Origin: an uncultured Acidobacteriota bacterium
GTDB taxonomy: Bacteria; Acidobacteriota; Thermoanaerobaculia; UBA5066; Gp7-AA6
Length of the DNA: 64,000 nucleotides
Reading direction: 5' to 3'
NCBI GenBank assembly: GCA_963773905.1
Contig: CAVZDB010000008.1
Coordinates: 506,905-570,904, forward strand
A model generated the notes under the pieces. That model ran no database searches. It was not told the DNA's origin and was given only the letters and a program-made list of their open reading frames with translations. Shown here in pieces: positions 28,468-38,430 of the stretch; the stretch's first letter is position 1; each line of letters opens with the position of its first letter. Position numbers and translations under genes: made by a program.

Positions 28468-29922
28468 CTATACGAAGCCGAGTCCGTTGTACGGGGCCGA
28501 TTCGAAGTTGCCGATGAGCGGGAAGACCGTGGGGATGTCGCCCGAGGTCACGCCGAACCACTTGGCGAGCGAGACGCCGTACTCCTCGACCGCGGTGGCC
28601 GGGATCCAGCGGCCGCGGCCGTTGCTGCTGCTGCTCGTGTCGTCGAGCCCGCCGAACTGGTGAACCGGGAAGCGCGAGCCGGTGCCGGGGTTGATGTTTC
28701 CGTAGAAGTCGCCGCCCGTGACCGCGCCGCCCATGACGAACTGGTGGTTGCCCCAGCCGTGGTCGCTGCCGATGTTGCCGCCCGATCCGGAGGGCTGCAG
28801 CGTCCGCCCGAAGTCCGACAGGGTGAAGGTCGTCACGGCGTTCTGCATGCCGAGCTCCAGGGTCGCCGCGTAGAACGCGTCCATCGCCTTCGAGAGGTCC
28901 GTGAAGTTGTTGCCCTGATCGTTGATCTGGTTCTGGTGCGTGTCGTAGCCGCCCTGCGAGACGAAGAAGACCTGCCGGACCAGACCGAGCCCCGGAGGCG
29001 TCTGGTTCAGCTTCATGATCTTGGCGACCTGTTTCAGCTGGTTGGCGATGCCCGTGTTCGGGAAGACGGTGTTGATGACCGGGTCGACGCTGAAGATCGA
29101 GCTGATGTCGACGCCCTGCTGGGTCACGCCGCTCGTGCCGGCGATCATGGTGGCGGTGTTGTCGATCGTGCGCAGGAAATTCATCGAATTCTTGCGCGCG
29201 ACGTCCGTCGCCGAGCCGGTGAACCCGTTCAGGACGAGAACCGAGGTCAGCGCGCCGGTCCCGATCGAGAGCGGGCGCTGGTCGAGTCCGATGCAGAACG
29301 AGGTCGAGCCGGAGATCGAGGTCATCGTCGGGAAGTTCGAGCCGGCGTTGCACGGAAGGACGGAGTCGACGACACGGCCGCCCCAGCCCGTCGCGACCTT
29401 GCTGTCGGCCCGCGAGGTCTGCTGCGCCTGGACCTGGTCGGAGTGCGAGAAGAGCGAGAAGGGCTTCGGTACCGAGCCGTTGATGTACTCGGCCTGCGAG
29501 GTCGGCACGACGAGCGGGCCGACGTTGGAGACGACCGCGAGCTTGCTCTGGTTGAACAGCGAGGTCAGCTCGGGCATGTTGGGATGGAAGGCGAACTGGC
29601 GTCCCGCCATGCTCGGCGGATTGTTCATTGGCACCAGGGTGCTCTGCGGGATGGCGAGGGCTCCGCGGGTGGCGGCGTAGGCGGGGTAGTAGGTCCCGTC
29701 GTACGGGATGACCATGTTGTTTCCGTCGTTGCCGCCGTTCAGGAAGATACACACGAGGGCCTTGTAGCCGCCCGTGCAGTTCGGCGCCTGCGGGCTGTCC
29801 TTCACGCCGTCGACGGCGAGGAGATTGGCCAGGCCGAACTGTTTGACCGTGCTCTGGAACGCCGCGGCGCCGAGCGCCGCGCACGTCGAGCGAACCAGGA
29901 AATCCCTGCGACTGTGTGACAT
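28468..29922 (-). CDS. DUF1501 family protein (Tat signal, sulfatase-like fold)
   Basis: 'SRRDFLVRS' twin-arginine signal; 'SQGGYDTHQNQ' and 'SDFGRTLQPSGSGGNIGSDHGWGNH' motifs typical of DUF1501. Confidence 0.85.
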   Translation of the reverse strand: MSHSRRDFLVRSTCAALGAAAFQSTVKQFGLANLLAVDGVKDSPQAPNCTGGYKALVCIFLNGGNDGNNMVIPYDGTYYPAYAATRGALAIPQSTLVPMNNPPSMAGRQFAFHPNMPELTSLFNQSKLAVVSNVGPLVVPTSQAEYINGSVPKPFSLFSHSDQVQAQQTSRADSKVATGWGGRVVDSVLPCNAGSNFPTMTSISGSTSFCIGLDQRPLSIGTGALTSVLVLNGFTGSATDVARKNSMNFLRTIDNTATMIAGTSGVTQQGVDISSIFSVDPVINTVFPNTGIANQLKQVAKIMKLNQTPPGLGLVRQVFFVSQGGYDTHQNQINDQGNNFTDLSKAMDAFYAATLELGMQNAVTTFTLSDFGRTLQPSGSGGNIGSDHGWGNHQFVMGGAVTGGDFYGNINPGTGSRFPVHQFGGLDDTSSSSNGRGRWIPATAVEEYGVSLAKWFGVTSGDIPTVFPLIGNFESAPYNGLGFV

Positions 29923-29927
29923 GGCGA

Positions 29928-32447
29928 TTACCTCTGCGCCTGGTACTGCGACGACGTCGCGACCAGATAAAGCGCCTGTCGGGCGCGTTTGAGCGTGTCC
30001 GTCGCCGGCGTGACCGCGTTGACGGCCGTGATGATGGAGTTGCGCATGTCGTCGGACATCGTGCCGTGCATGAGCAGGCGGTTGAGCCGGTCGACGAGGT
30101 TGCCCGCATTGGGCGCCAGCTCCTGCAGCTCGGTGAAGTCGATCGAGGTCCCGTACGGCGTGTCCGTTCCGCTCGGCTGGATGCCGCCGCCGAAGGTCAT
30201 CGTGTTGACGAAGTTGGCGCGCCTCAGCGAGGTCGAGGCGTCCTCGATGCCGAACTCGGGGCCGAACACCTCCGCGGAAGCCGGCGGCGCGAAGTAGTCC
30301 TGCGGGAAGTAGCTGAACACCGTCGGCGGCCTGAGCAGGTCCTGGCCCATGTTGCGGTTCTGGGCGTTGATGTTGCCGTCGCTCTGGTTGAGCCGGTTGG
30401 TGGACTCCGGATCGAACGCTCTGAGCACGTTGAGCACGTAGAGCACGGGCTCCTTCAGCTTGCCGTAGTTGGGATCCGACGGGGCGACGCGCGCCTCGGG
30501 GTCGAGCAGGATGGCCTTGACCACGGCCCAGAGGCTGCCGCGGACGCCGTTGCCGTCGTCGTTGAACGCCCAGGCCACGCGCTCGACGTAGGCCGTACTC
30601 GGGTTGGACGTCACGAGGTTGTGGATGAGCTCGCGGGCGACGTAGGGTCCGATGTTCGGGTGGTTGAAGAGCGCGTCGATCGCCGCGTTGAGCTCGGGGA
30701 AGCCCTGCACGTTGCCGGGGATGGAGGTCGGCGCCCCGACGCCGTCCTTGTTGGGAAGGAAGCCCTGGAACAGGACCTTGTCGGTGACGTCGTGCTTGGT
30801 GTCGTCGAAGATCATCGGGTTCAGGTAGTCCGCGCAGACCGAGCCCTGCTGGCTGGCCGGATCACACGCGACGTTGCTCTGGATCTTCCAGCCCGTCAGG
30901 ACCAGCTTGAGGTTGTCGATGACCGACTGGTCGTAGGTGGGCATCGCCTCGCCGCCGCCGTCGACCTGGACCGTGCCGTCCATGCTGAGGAGGTCCGTCC
31001 CGATCGAGAACAGCTGCATGATCTCGCGCGCGTAGTTCTCGTTCGGGTTGGTCTTCGTGTTGGTGTTCATGTTGAGGTAGAGACCCATTCCCGGATTGAG
31101 CGAGACGTTGTAGAGGATGTCGCGGTAGTTGCCGAACGCGTTGTTGTAGAGGAGGCTCAGGTACGAAGTCATCTGGCTCGGACGCGTCAGCACGACGCCC
31201 GAGGTGACGTCGATCTTGTGCAGCGCCCAGGCGACCCGCTGGCGAAGCTGGTCCGGGTTGTACATCGCGTTCCTGAAGAACCCCACCTGGAGCTGATACA
31301 GCGTGTAGTTGTCGCGGTGGCAGATGCCGGTGGTGCAGTCGACCGGGGTCGACGGCGCGTTGTCCGGCCAGAGAGGCATCAGGGGCGGGGCCGAGTTGAA
31401 CAGGGAGAACTGTCCCCCCATCCACGGCAGGTAGCCCTGCGCCAGAACCAGGCCGACGTCGGCGTCGCTCGGTCCCCAGCTCGCCTGCTCGAGGAACCGG
31501 ATGCCTTCGGGGCGGTGGAACGCCTTCGCCATGAAGACCGCCATCTGGCCGCGGGTGTTCGCCAGGTTGGGGCAGAAGTCGTCGTTGCCGCAGCCGACGG
31601 TGACCTTCAGCCGCGCGAGCTCCTCGATCCAGGGGATCAGGGGCGCGAGGGACGGATCGCTGAGCGGGCAGTCCGGGAACACACCGGTCGCCGGGGGCGG
31701 AACGTGGTCGACGCCCTCGTATACCTTGAGGAGGAACACGGCCATCTGGGCGCGGGTCACCGAGTTGTTCGGGCAGTAGGCCGGCAGGCCGCCATGGCCC
31801 GGATCCGGGCCCGTGCAGCCGCCCGTGATTCCCTCGGCATGGAGCTGCTCGATCCAGTCGGCCGCGAAGTCGGACGCACCGACGTCCCAGAAGACGGTGC
31901 CGGAGGCTCCCGGCGGAACGTATCCGCCGCCGTGCTCGGCGCGCAGCAGGAACACGGCCATCTGCGCGCGCGTCACCGGGTCGTTCGGGCAGTAGTTGCC
32001 GTTGAGGCATCCTGCCGTGATCCCATCACGCAGGATGCGCTCGACCGGCGCATGGAACGGGCTCGCCGCCGGCACGTCGCTGAAGTCGGCGAACCATCCG
32101 AACGGGATCGTGGAGTCGCCGCCTCCGCCCGGATTGGTGACGACGACGTCGTACAGTGCGCCCGCCGCGAGCGCCGGCATCGTCGCGCCGATTCGGGTGG
32201 GGTTGTGGTACGTGACCGAGACGGGCACTCCACCCACCGTCACGGTCGCCCCGTTTTGAAACTGGTTGCCCACGATTGGCACAACCGTTCCTCCCGATGC
32301 GGGGCCGGACGCCGTATAGAGATACGACGCCTGAAAGGTCGTGGCCCCGTGGAGGAGAGCGGCGGATCCGAAGATCGCTGCGAGCGCCGCCACGCCCGTT
32401 CGTCGTGCGAGAACCTTCCCGCGAGAGCCGGTCACCCGTTCCCTCAT
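29928..32447 (-). CDS. DUF1800 family protein with N-terminal IPT/TIG-like domain and three SLH domains
   Basis: The C-terminal ~550 aa carry the DUF1800 hallmark 'NENYAREIMQLFSIG'. The N-terminus has an IPT-like beta domain then 3x 'F.DVP...W/F.IE.L...GIT.GC...YCP....TRAQMAVFLLK'. This is the canonical DUF1800/DUF1501 pair. Confidence 0.85.
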   Translation of the reverse strand: MRERVTGSRGKVLARRTGVAALAAIFGSAALLHGATTFQASYLYTASGPASGGTVVPIVGNQFQNGATVTVGGVPVSVTYHNPTRIGATMPALAAGALYDVVVTNPGGGGDSTIPFGWFADFSDVPAASPFHAPVERILRDGITAGCLNGNYCPNDPVTRAQMAVFLLRAEHGGGYVPPGASGTVFWDVGASDFAADWIEQLHAEGITGGCTGPDPGHGGLPAYCPNNSVTRAQMAVFLLKVYEGVDHVPPPATGVFPDCPLSDPSLAPLIPWIEELARLKVTVGCGNDDFCPNLANTRGQMAVFMAKAFHRPEGIRFLEQASWGPSDADVGLVLAQGYLPWMGGQFSLFNSAPPLMPLWPDNAPSTPVDCTTGICHRDNYTLYQLQVGFFRNAMYNPDQLRQRVAWALHKIDVTSGVVLTRPSQMTSYLSLLYNNAFGNYRDILYNVSLNPGMGLYLNMNTNTKTNPNENYAREIMQLFSIGTDLLSMDGTVQVDGGGEAMPTYDQSVIDNLKLVLTGWKIQSNVACDPASQQGSVCADYLNPMIFDDTKHDVTDKVLFQGFLPNKDGVGAPTSIPGNVQGFPELNAAIDALFNHPNIGPYVARELIHNLVTSNPSTAYVERVAWAFNDDGNGVRGSLWAVVKAILLDPEARVAPSDPNYGKLKEPVLYVLNVLRAFDPESTNRLNQSDGNINAQNRNMGQDLLRPPTVFSYFPQDYFAPPASAEVFGPEFGIEDASTSLRRANFVNTMTFGGGIQPSGTDTPYGTSIDFTELQELAPNAGNLVDRLNRLLMHGTMSDDMRNSIITAVNAVTPATDTLKRARQALYLVATSSQYQAQR

Positions 32448-32763
32448 AGAGACATTCCTTCCTGACGTCTGTCAATGACGCCAAAAAGCCGGCTTGTGGG
32501 AGTGCCGTGCACTATATCACAGGCCTGGCGGGTCAAGGCCCCGCCGGCAGGACCCGCCGAAAGAGGCGTGCATGCCGGGGAAAACCCGAGCAGTTGAACG
32601 AAGCGGGGCAAGATCCTGAGAGACTAGGCGGTTAGCGCCGCAGGATCGACTGCCCAGCGGGGCGAAAGAAGGACACTGACCTTGTGGGGGCCTCCACTCT
32701 GGCCGTTCGGGCAGGTGTCATTCCCGGGGGGCGCGGCCGATAATCGCTCAAATACCGACACCC

Positions 32764-34983
32764 ATGGCATCTCCTCCGGCGGCCCTTCGACGGCTCACGC
32801 GAGGCGGCGCGCTCGCGCTGCAAATCGCCGTCGGGCTCGCCATGTCCGGGGTTTCCCTCGCTGCGGGAGATGGAGGGCGCGCGGCCGTGTCGGGCGTCCA
32901 TCGTCCGGCTAAGGCCCGGGCAAAGCGCGGAGATTCCGCGCCGCCGCCGGCGTCGCTCGCCGCGCGTCTCGAGACGAGCCTGCCGGGCCCGTGGCCGCTC
33001 TTCCCGCCGACCAACTGGTGGAACACCGAGGTCGCGAGCGCGCCGCTCGACACCGACTCCGCTGCCTACATCGGGTTCATCAACCAGGGAGGCGTCAAGC
33101 ACCTGCACCCCGACCTCGGCGGAACGCTCGACGACGGCATCCACATCTACGGGATGCCCTACCTCGTGGTCGACGGCGCGCAGCCCAAGAAGACCGTCAA
33201 CTTCCACTACTACGACGAGAGCGACGGCGTGAACCACCCGGGGAACAATCCCTATCCGTTCTACCCGATCCCCGACCAGGCGATCACCCAGGCGCACTGG
33301 ATCGAGGGCGGCGATCCGGGCAACGTGGACGACCGCGGGTCCGAGGATCGCCACATGCTGATCGTGGACCGGGATCACCGCCGCCTCTACGAGCTCTACA
33401 ACGTCTACTACGACTCCGGCCTGCAGCAGTGGCAGGCGGGTTCCGGAGCGTTCTTCGACCTGACGCGCGACGACCGGCGTCCGGAAGGCTGGACGTCGGC
33501 GGACGCGGCCGGCCTCGCGATCCTGCCGGGCCTGCTCCGCTACGAGGAGGTCTACGGCCCGGACGAGATCCGCCACGCCCTGCGGTTCACGGTGCGGGCC
33601 ACCAACGGGTACGTCTATCCCGCGAGCCACGTGGCCGGCTCGACCAGCGGCGCTCTCCCGATGGGCGCGCGCCTGCGGCTCAAGGCCTCCAGGGACATCT
33701 CCGGCTACGACCCCGCGGTGCAGAAGATCTTCCGCGCGATGAAGACCTATGGGCTTCTGGTCGCCGACAACGGCACCGACATGTACATCGGCGGAACATG
33801 GGACGACCGCTGGGACAACGACGTCCTGAATCCGGCTTTCAATGATCTGACCGCCTCCGACTTCGAGGTGGTGAAGCTCGGCTGGTCGCCGCCGCTCGCG
33901 GCCGCGCTCACCGTCGACGCGGTCCCGGGAGCCGGAGGCTCCTCCAACGGCAACGGCATGCTCGAGCCGGGGGAGGCGGTCACGGTCGCGCCGAGCTGGC
34001 AGGGCTCCTCCACCGATCCGCCCGCCGCCCTCTCCGGCGTGGCCTCGGCGGCGAGCGGTCCGGGCGGCGCGACCTACGCGCTCGACGACGCCTCCGCGGC
34101 GTACGGCTCTCCGGGAGCCGGCGCGCCGGCGAGCTGCGCCGACGCCACCGGGAATTGCTACGCCTTCTCCGTCTCGAACCCGGCGTCGCGTCCGGCGGCG
34201 CACTGGGACGCAAGCTTCCACGAAACGGTGAACGGCTCGGCGGCGAGGTCGTGGACGCTCCACGTCGGGAAGAGCTTCGCCGACGTGCCGGCCGATCATC
34301 CCTTCTACGCCGCGATCGAGACGCTGTTCCACGGCGGCGTGACCGCCGGCTGCGGACCCGGGATCGACTGCCCCGACGCCGGTGTCACGCGCGCCGAGAT
34401 GGCGATCTTTCTTCTGAAGGCGAAGCTCGGTACCGACTACGCTCCGCCGCCGGGATCGGGCACGGTGTTCGGCGACGTCCCTCCCGGCTCCTTCGGCCAG
34501 AGCTGGATCGAGGACCTCTTCGCGGCAGGCATCTCGGCGGGCTGCGGAAACGGCAACTACTGCCCGGACGAGGTCGTCACGCGCGCGCAGATGGCGGTCT
34601 TTCTTCTCAAGGCGAGCCGGGGCAGCGACTACGTCCCGCCCCCCGCGGCGGGCGTGTTCGACGACGTGCCCTTCGACGATCCCTACGCGCCGTGGATCGA
34701 GGAGCTCTTCCACTCGGGGATCACCGCCGGCTGCGGAGGCGCCGAATACTGCCCGAACGACCCCAACACGCGCGGGCAGATGGCGGTGTTCCTGGAGCTT
34801 GACGTTCGGGCTGAAGTTGTACGGACCTTAGTACGGGCCGTAGGGGCGGGGCTTGCCCCCGCCCGGGCGGCCGCAAGGGCCGCCCCTACACCGGAAAGAG
34901 AAGCGCGAAGCCCGATCTACCGCAGCGCCTGCGTCAGCAGTTTGTGGAAGTGGTGCACACCGTTTTCCCGCAGCACCGAGTAG
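32764..34983 (+). CDS. Secreted protein with uncharacterised N-terminal ~370-aa domain and three C-terminal SLH domains (C-terminus uncertain)
   Basis: 3x SLH-like repeats at the C-terminus. The ORF has no stop after the last SLH and reads through the REP-like element at 34839-34886; the start is also ambiguous. Confidence 0.65.
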   Translation: MASPPAALRRLTRGGALALQIAVGLAMSGVSLAAGDGGRAAVSGVHRPAKARAKRGDSAPPPASLAARLETSLPGPWPLFPPTNWWNTEVASAPLDTDSAAYIGFINQGGVKHLHPDLGGTLDDGIHIYGMPYLVVDGAQPKKTVNFHYYDESDGVNHPGNNPYPFYPIPDQAITQAHWIEGGDPGNVDDRGSEDRHMLIVDRDHRRLYELYNVYYDSGLQQWQAGSGAFFDLTRDDRRPEGWTSADAAGLAILPGLLRYEEVYGPDEIRHALRFTVRATNGYVYPASHVAGSTSGALPMGARLRLKASRDISGYDPAVQKIFRAMKTYGLLVADNGTDMYIGGTWDDRWDNDVLNPAFNDLTASDFEVVKLGWSPPLAAALTVDAVPGAGGSSNGNGMLEPGEAVTVAPSWQGSSTDPPAALSGVASAASGPGGATYALDDASAAYGSPGAGAPASCADATGNCYAFSVSNPASRPAAHWDASFHETVNGSAARSWTLHVGKSFADVPADHPFYAAIETLFHGGVTAGCGPGIDCPDAGVTRAEMAIFLLKAKLGTDYAPPPGSGTVFGDVPPGSFGQSWIEDLFAAGISAGCGNGNYCPDEVVTRAQMAVFLLKASRGSDYVPPPAAGVFDDVPFDDPYAPWIEELFHSGITAGCGGAEYCPNDPNTRGQMAVFLELDVRAEVVRTLVRAVGAGLAPARAAARAAPTPEREARSPIYRSACVSSLWKWCTPFSRSTE
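34839..34886. repeat. REP-like twin-hairpin element, copy 1
   Basis: 'cgtaggggcggggcttgcccccgcccgggcggccgcaagggccgcccct': GGGCGGGG-CUUGC-CCCCGCCC and GGGCGGCC-GCAAG-GGCCGCCC stem-loops; nearly identical to 53286-53343. Confidence 0.6.
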
Positions 34984-35999
34984 CGCCCCTGGTGATAGGT
35001 CCGCGAGCGCAGGCCCTTCTGGACGGCCTCGCAGATGCCGATGTCCTCCTGCTGGACCTGGTCGCTGAAGGCGAAGGAGCGCGCGAACTCCTCGGCGACG
35101 CCGGGGCTGTTGGGCTCGAGCACGTACCACTCGAAGCGCGTCAGCGTGCGCTCGGCCGAGAGCGGCAGGATGATGTTGGTCTGCAGGTTGTCGGGGTAGA
35201 GGTTCAGCATCAGGTTGGGGAACACCCAGTAGTAGAGCGCCTCGGGCGCCGCGCCCTCGGGAAGCCCGCGGCGGTAGAGCGAGTCCTCTTTCTTCGAACG
35301 GATCGGCGCGTGCTGCTTCGAGTGGTACGACGCCGTCTCGACCCTGTAGGCGCGGTAGTCGATCTCCTGGAAGAGCTCCGGGTGGACGATGGGGATGTGG
35401 TAGCCCTCGAGGTAGTTGTCGACGTAGACCTTCCAATTGCACTCGACCTCGTAGTCGTGCTTCTTGAAGAGGGTCATGTGCTCGAGCGGAAGGTGCTTCG
35501 TCTCGTCCGGGATCGTACCGAGGACCTCCGCGAGCGAGGGGATCGCGGGATCCAGGCAGACGAAGAGGAACGGTCCCCAGGTCTCGACGCGGACCGCGGG
35601 CAGGATCTGCTCCGACTTCTCGAAGCACTTCACGCCGTCCCACTCGGGAGTCGTCAGCAGCTTGCCGTCCAGGCTGTACGTCCAGCCGTGATAGCCGCAC
35701 ATCAGCGCCTTGCGGTGCCCGGCGCCGCGTGCAACGGGCCCCGCGCGGTGCCGGCACACGTTCGAGAACGCGTGGATCGCGTTGTCCTCGCCGCGCGTGA
35801 CGACGAGGGGCTCGCCGGCGACCGTGCAGGTGAAGTAGTCCCCGGGAAGGCGCACCTGCTCGGAGTGGCCGACGAGCTGCCAGGTCCGGGCGAAGATCCG
35901 GTTCTCCTCCAGCTCGAGGACCCGGGGATCGCGATACCAGGTCGACGGCAGCGTGTGGGCCGACGCGAGGTCGGCCTCGAACGCGTACTCGGCCGTCAT
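34917..35999 (-). CDS. Rieske [2Fe-2S] aromatic-ring-hydroxylating oxygenase, alpha subunit
   Basis: 'CRHRAGPV...CGYHGW' Rieske CxH/CxxH, then a non-haem-iron catalytic domain. ATG at 35999; the long ORF extension up to 37202 is spurious. Confidence 0.85.
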   Translation of the reverse strand: MTAEYAFEADLASAHTLPSTWYRDPRVLELEENRIFARTWQLVGHSEQVRLPGDYFTCTVAGEPLVVTRGEDNAIHAFSNVCRHRAGPVARGAGHRKALMCGYHGWTYSLDGKLLTTPEWDGVKCFEKSEQILPAVRVETWGPFLFVCLDPAIPSLAEVLGTIPDETKHLPLEHMTLFKKHDYEVECNWKVYVDNYLEGYHIPIVHPELFQEIDYRAYRVETASYHSKQHAPIRSKKEDSLYRRGLPEGAAPEALYYWVFPNLMLNLYPDNLQTNIILPLSAERTLTRFEWYVLEPNSPGVAEEFARSFAFSDQVQQEDIGICEAVQKGLRSRTYHQGRYSVLRENGVHHFHKLLTQALR

Positions 36000-36721
36000 T
36001 GCTCGTCGGTTGGACGGGAGGCGCGTGCGCCCTCGCGGGGCTTCTTCACGGGCGTCGCGGCGGCTCCCTTCAGGAGGGTCAGGAACTGGTCGATGCGGGC
36101 CGCCGTCTTCTCGGGCGTCTTGCCCTGGCGCGAGAACAGGCCGGGATCGAGCTCCTCGGTGAGCAACTCGTCCTGGAAGCGCTCGACCGTCCAGTCGAGG
36201 AGCGAGACGATCATCTCCTGGGCGACGTCGGCGCGGACCTCGCCCCGCTCGATCCCCATGCGGACGAACGCGGCCGTGCCGTACGGATCGCGCTCGCGCA
36301 GGAAGCGGTTGATCTCCTGCCGCAGGCGCAGGTCGGTCCCGTAGTTGCCGAGGAGCGAGACCCGATAGGGAATCCAGTTCTCCCGCACCATGCGGTCGGT
36401 CCGCTCGAGCCAGTAGCGGAGGGTCTCGAAGAACCCGCGGGCGAGCACCGGCGCGGGCGCGTCGAGGTAGGCCGAGAAGGAGGAGACCGCCTTCTGGTAG
36501 GCCACCAGGAAGAGGCCCTCCTTGCTGCCGAAGTGCTGAAAGACGGAGCCCTTCGCGATCGAGAGCTCGGTGGCGATGTCCTCGATGCGCGCCGCGTGGT
36601 AGCCGCGCTCGGCGAAATGGCGCATCGCGGTCTCCAGAATGCGCGCTCTCTTGGCCTCCGAGCGCGGTCCGCTCGGAGGGCGCGGAATGGTGGCGGGGGA
36701 ACGCACTTCGAGGTTCTTCAT
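35996..36721 (-). CDS. TetR family transcriptional regulator
   Basis: N-terminal HTH 'ILETAMRHFAERGYHAARIEDIATELSIAKGSVFQHFGSKEGL'. Its stop overlaps the Rieske gene start (ATGA). Confidence 0.85.
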   Translation of the reverse strand: MKNLEVRSPATIPRPPSGPRSEAKRARILETAMRHFAERGYHAARIEDIATELSIAKGSVFQHFGSKEGLFLVAYQKAVSSFSAYLDAPAPVLARGFFETLRYWLERTDRMVRENWIPYRVSLLGNYGTDLRLRQEINRFLRERDPYGTAAFVRMGIERGEVRADVAQEMIVSLLDWTVERFQDELLTEELDPGLFSRQGKTPEKTAARIDQFLTLLKGAAATPVKKPREGARASRPTDEQ

Positions 36722-36796
36722 GACTGGAGGTCATCCTATTTGAGAGAGCTGGCAAATTGCAACCCGTGCTATTTTCCGAAAGATTACTCTTCCGCA

Positions 36797-38430
36797 ATGA
36801 CTCAAAGTCATAGCGAGCGTCGCTTCGACGCCATCGTGGTCGGCGGCGGACACAACGGTCTGACCGCAGCCGCTTACCTCGCGCGGGCGGGCCTCTCGAC
36901 GCTGGTGCTCGAGCGGCGCGACGGTCGTCGGCGGCGCCTGCGTCACGGAGGAGATCGCGCCCGGTTGCCGCGCGTCGACGACGTCCTACATCGCGAGCAT
37001 GCTGAGGCCCGAGGTCATCCGCGATCTCTCGCTCGCGCGGCACGGGCTGCGGATGGTGCCCTGCGACCCGGCGCTCCTGGTTCCGTTTCCGGACGGGACC
37101 GTCGTGCCGTGGTGGGCCGACCGCGACCGGACGGTGCGCGAGATCGCGAAGCTCTCGCGCCGAAGACGCCCGCACCTTCGTGCGCGTGGACGACGAGCTC
37201 AAGAAGCTCGCGCGCTACCTGCAGCCGTTCTTCCTCGAGCCGCCGCCCGACGTCCACGCGCGCGGGATCGCGGGCGTCCTCGAGGCCTTGCGCGTGGGCC
37301 GGCGCTTCCACGGGATCTCCGGGCGACGAGATCGGCCGGATGATCGCGTTCCTGACCGGGAGCCTGGGCGACTTCCTCGACCGCAACTACGAGTCGGAGA
37401 AGGTGAAGACGCTCTTCCTGGCCAACAACGTCTACGGCAAGCACGGCGGGCCGTATCAGCCGGGGACCGCGCTCGGGCTGCTCTTCCACCTGCTGTCGGG
37501 CGGCGACGCACGAGCTGCAGGGGTTCTACGGGCACGTGATCGGCGGCATGGGCCGATCACGCAGGCGATGGCCGCGGCCGCGCGCGAGTTCGGCGCCGAG
37601 ATCCGGACCTCGGCCCCCGTCGCGGGGATCTCGTCCGGAACGGGAGGGCCCGGGCGTGGAGCTCGAGGACGGCACCGGCTCGAGGCGCGCGTCGTGCTCT
37701 CCAACGCCGACCCGAAGCGCACGTTCCTCTCGCTGGTCGACGCGGACGCGCTGCCGCCGAAGTTCCGGCAGGCGGTCGAGGGGATCAAGATGGACGGCCC
37801 CTGCGCCAAGGTGAACCTCGTTCTCTCCGAGGAGCCGCGCGTCCACGGCATGCCGGCGGACGCCGTTCTCGAAGTCCGAGCGCGCCCTGTTCACGCTGGT
37901 GCCCTCGCTGGAGTTCGCCGAGCGCTGCTACGCACAGGCGCGGACGGGCGAGGTCCCGGAGGAGCTCTGGGTGGACTGCGTCGTCGCGTCCAACGTGGAC
38001 CGAGCCTCGCGCCGCCGGGCCGCCACGTCATGACCTGCTTCGTGCAGTACGTCCCGTACCGGCTCGCGAGACGGGACCTGGGACGTCGATGCGGGAGGCG
38101 CTGGGGGACCGCGTCCTGCGGAAGATCGGCGAGTACGCGCCGAATGTGCCCGGCGCCGTCGTCGCGCGCCAGGTGCTCACGCCGCTGGACCTCGAGCGCG
38201 TGTACGGCCTGACCGAGGGCAACATCTTCCACGGCGATCTCTCTCTCGAGCAGCTCTTCTTCCTGCGTCCCGTGGCTGGCTGGGCGCAGTACCGGACGCC
38301 TGTCGAGGGCCTGTACCTCTGCGGCGCCGGTGCGCATCCCGGCGGCGGGGTCACGGGCGCGCCGGGCCACAACGCGGCGCATCAGGTTCTGAGGGATCTG
38401 AAGAGGCTTTGGCCACGGAGCGCCGCGTGA
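36797..38430 (+). pseudogene. FAD-dependent oxidoreductase (phytoene desaturase/amine-oxidase family), >=5 frameshifts
   Basis: Rossmann motif 'FDAIVVGGGHNGLTAAAYLARAGLSTLVLERRD'. Collinear pieces continue in ORFs 36999..37343, 37180..37539, the 35999..38212 frame (37320-37900), a third frame (~37900-38030) and 38089..38430. Confidence 0.7.

Noticed and set aside
29916-34713. ORFs 29916..32465 (+), 30862..32010 (-), 32632..34713 (-)
   Set aside because: Alternative frames of the DUF1800 and SLH-protein genes
34917-37202. Upstream 400-aa extension of the Rieske oxygenase ORF
   Set aside because: Rieske homology begins at the internal ATG (35999). The extension overlaps the TetR gene and the oxidoreductase pseudogene on the other strand
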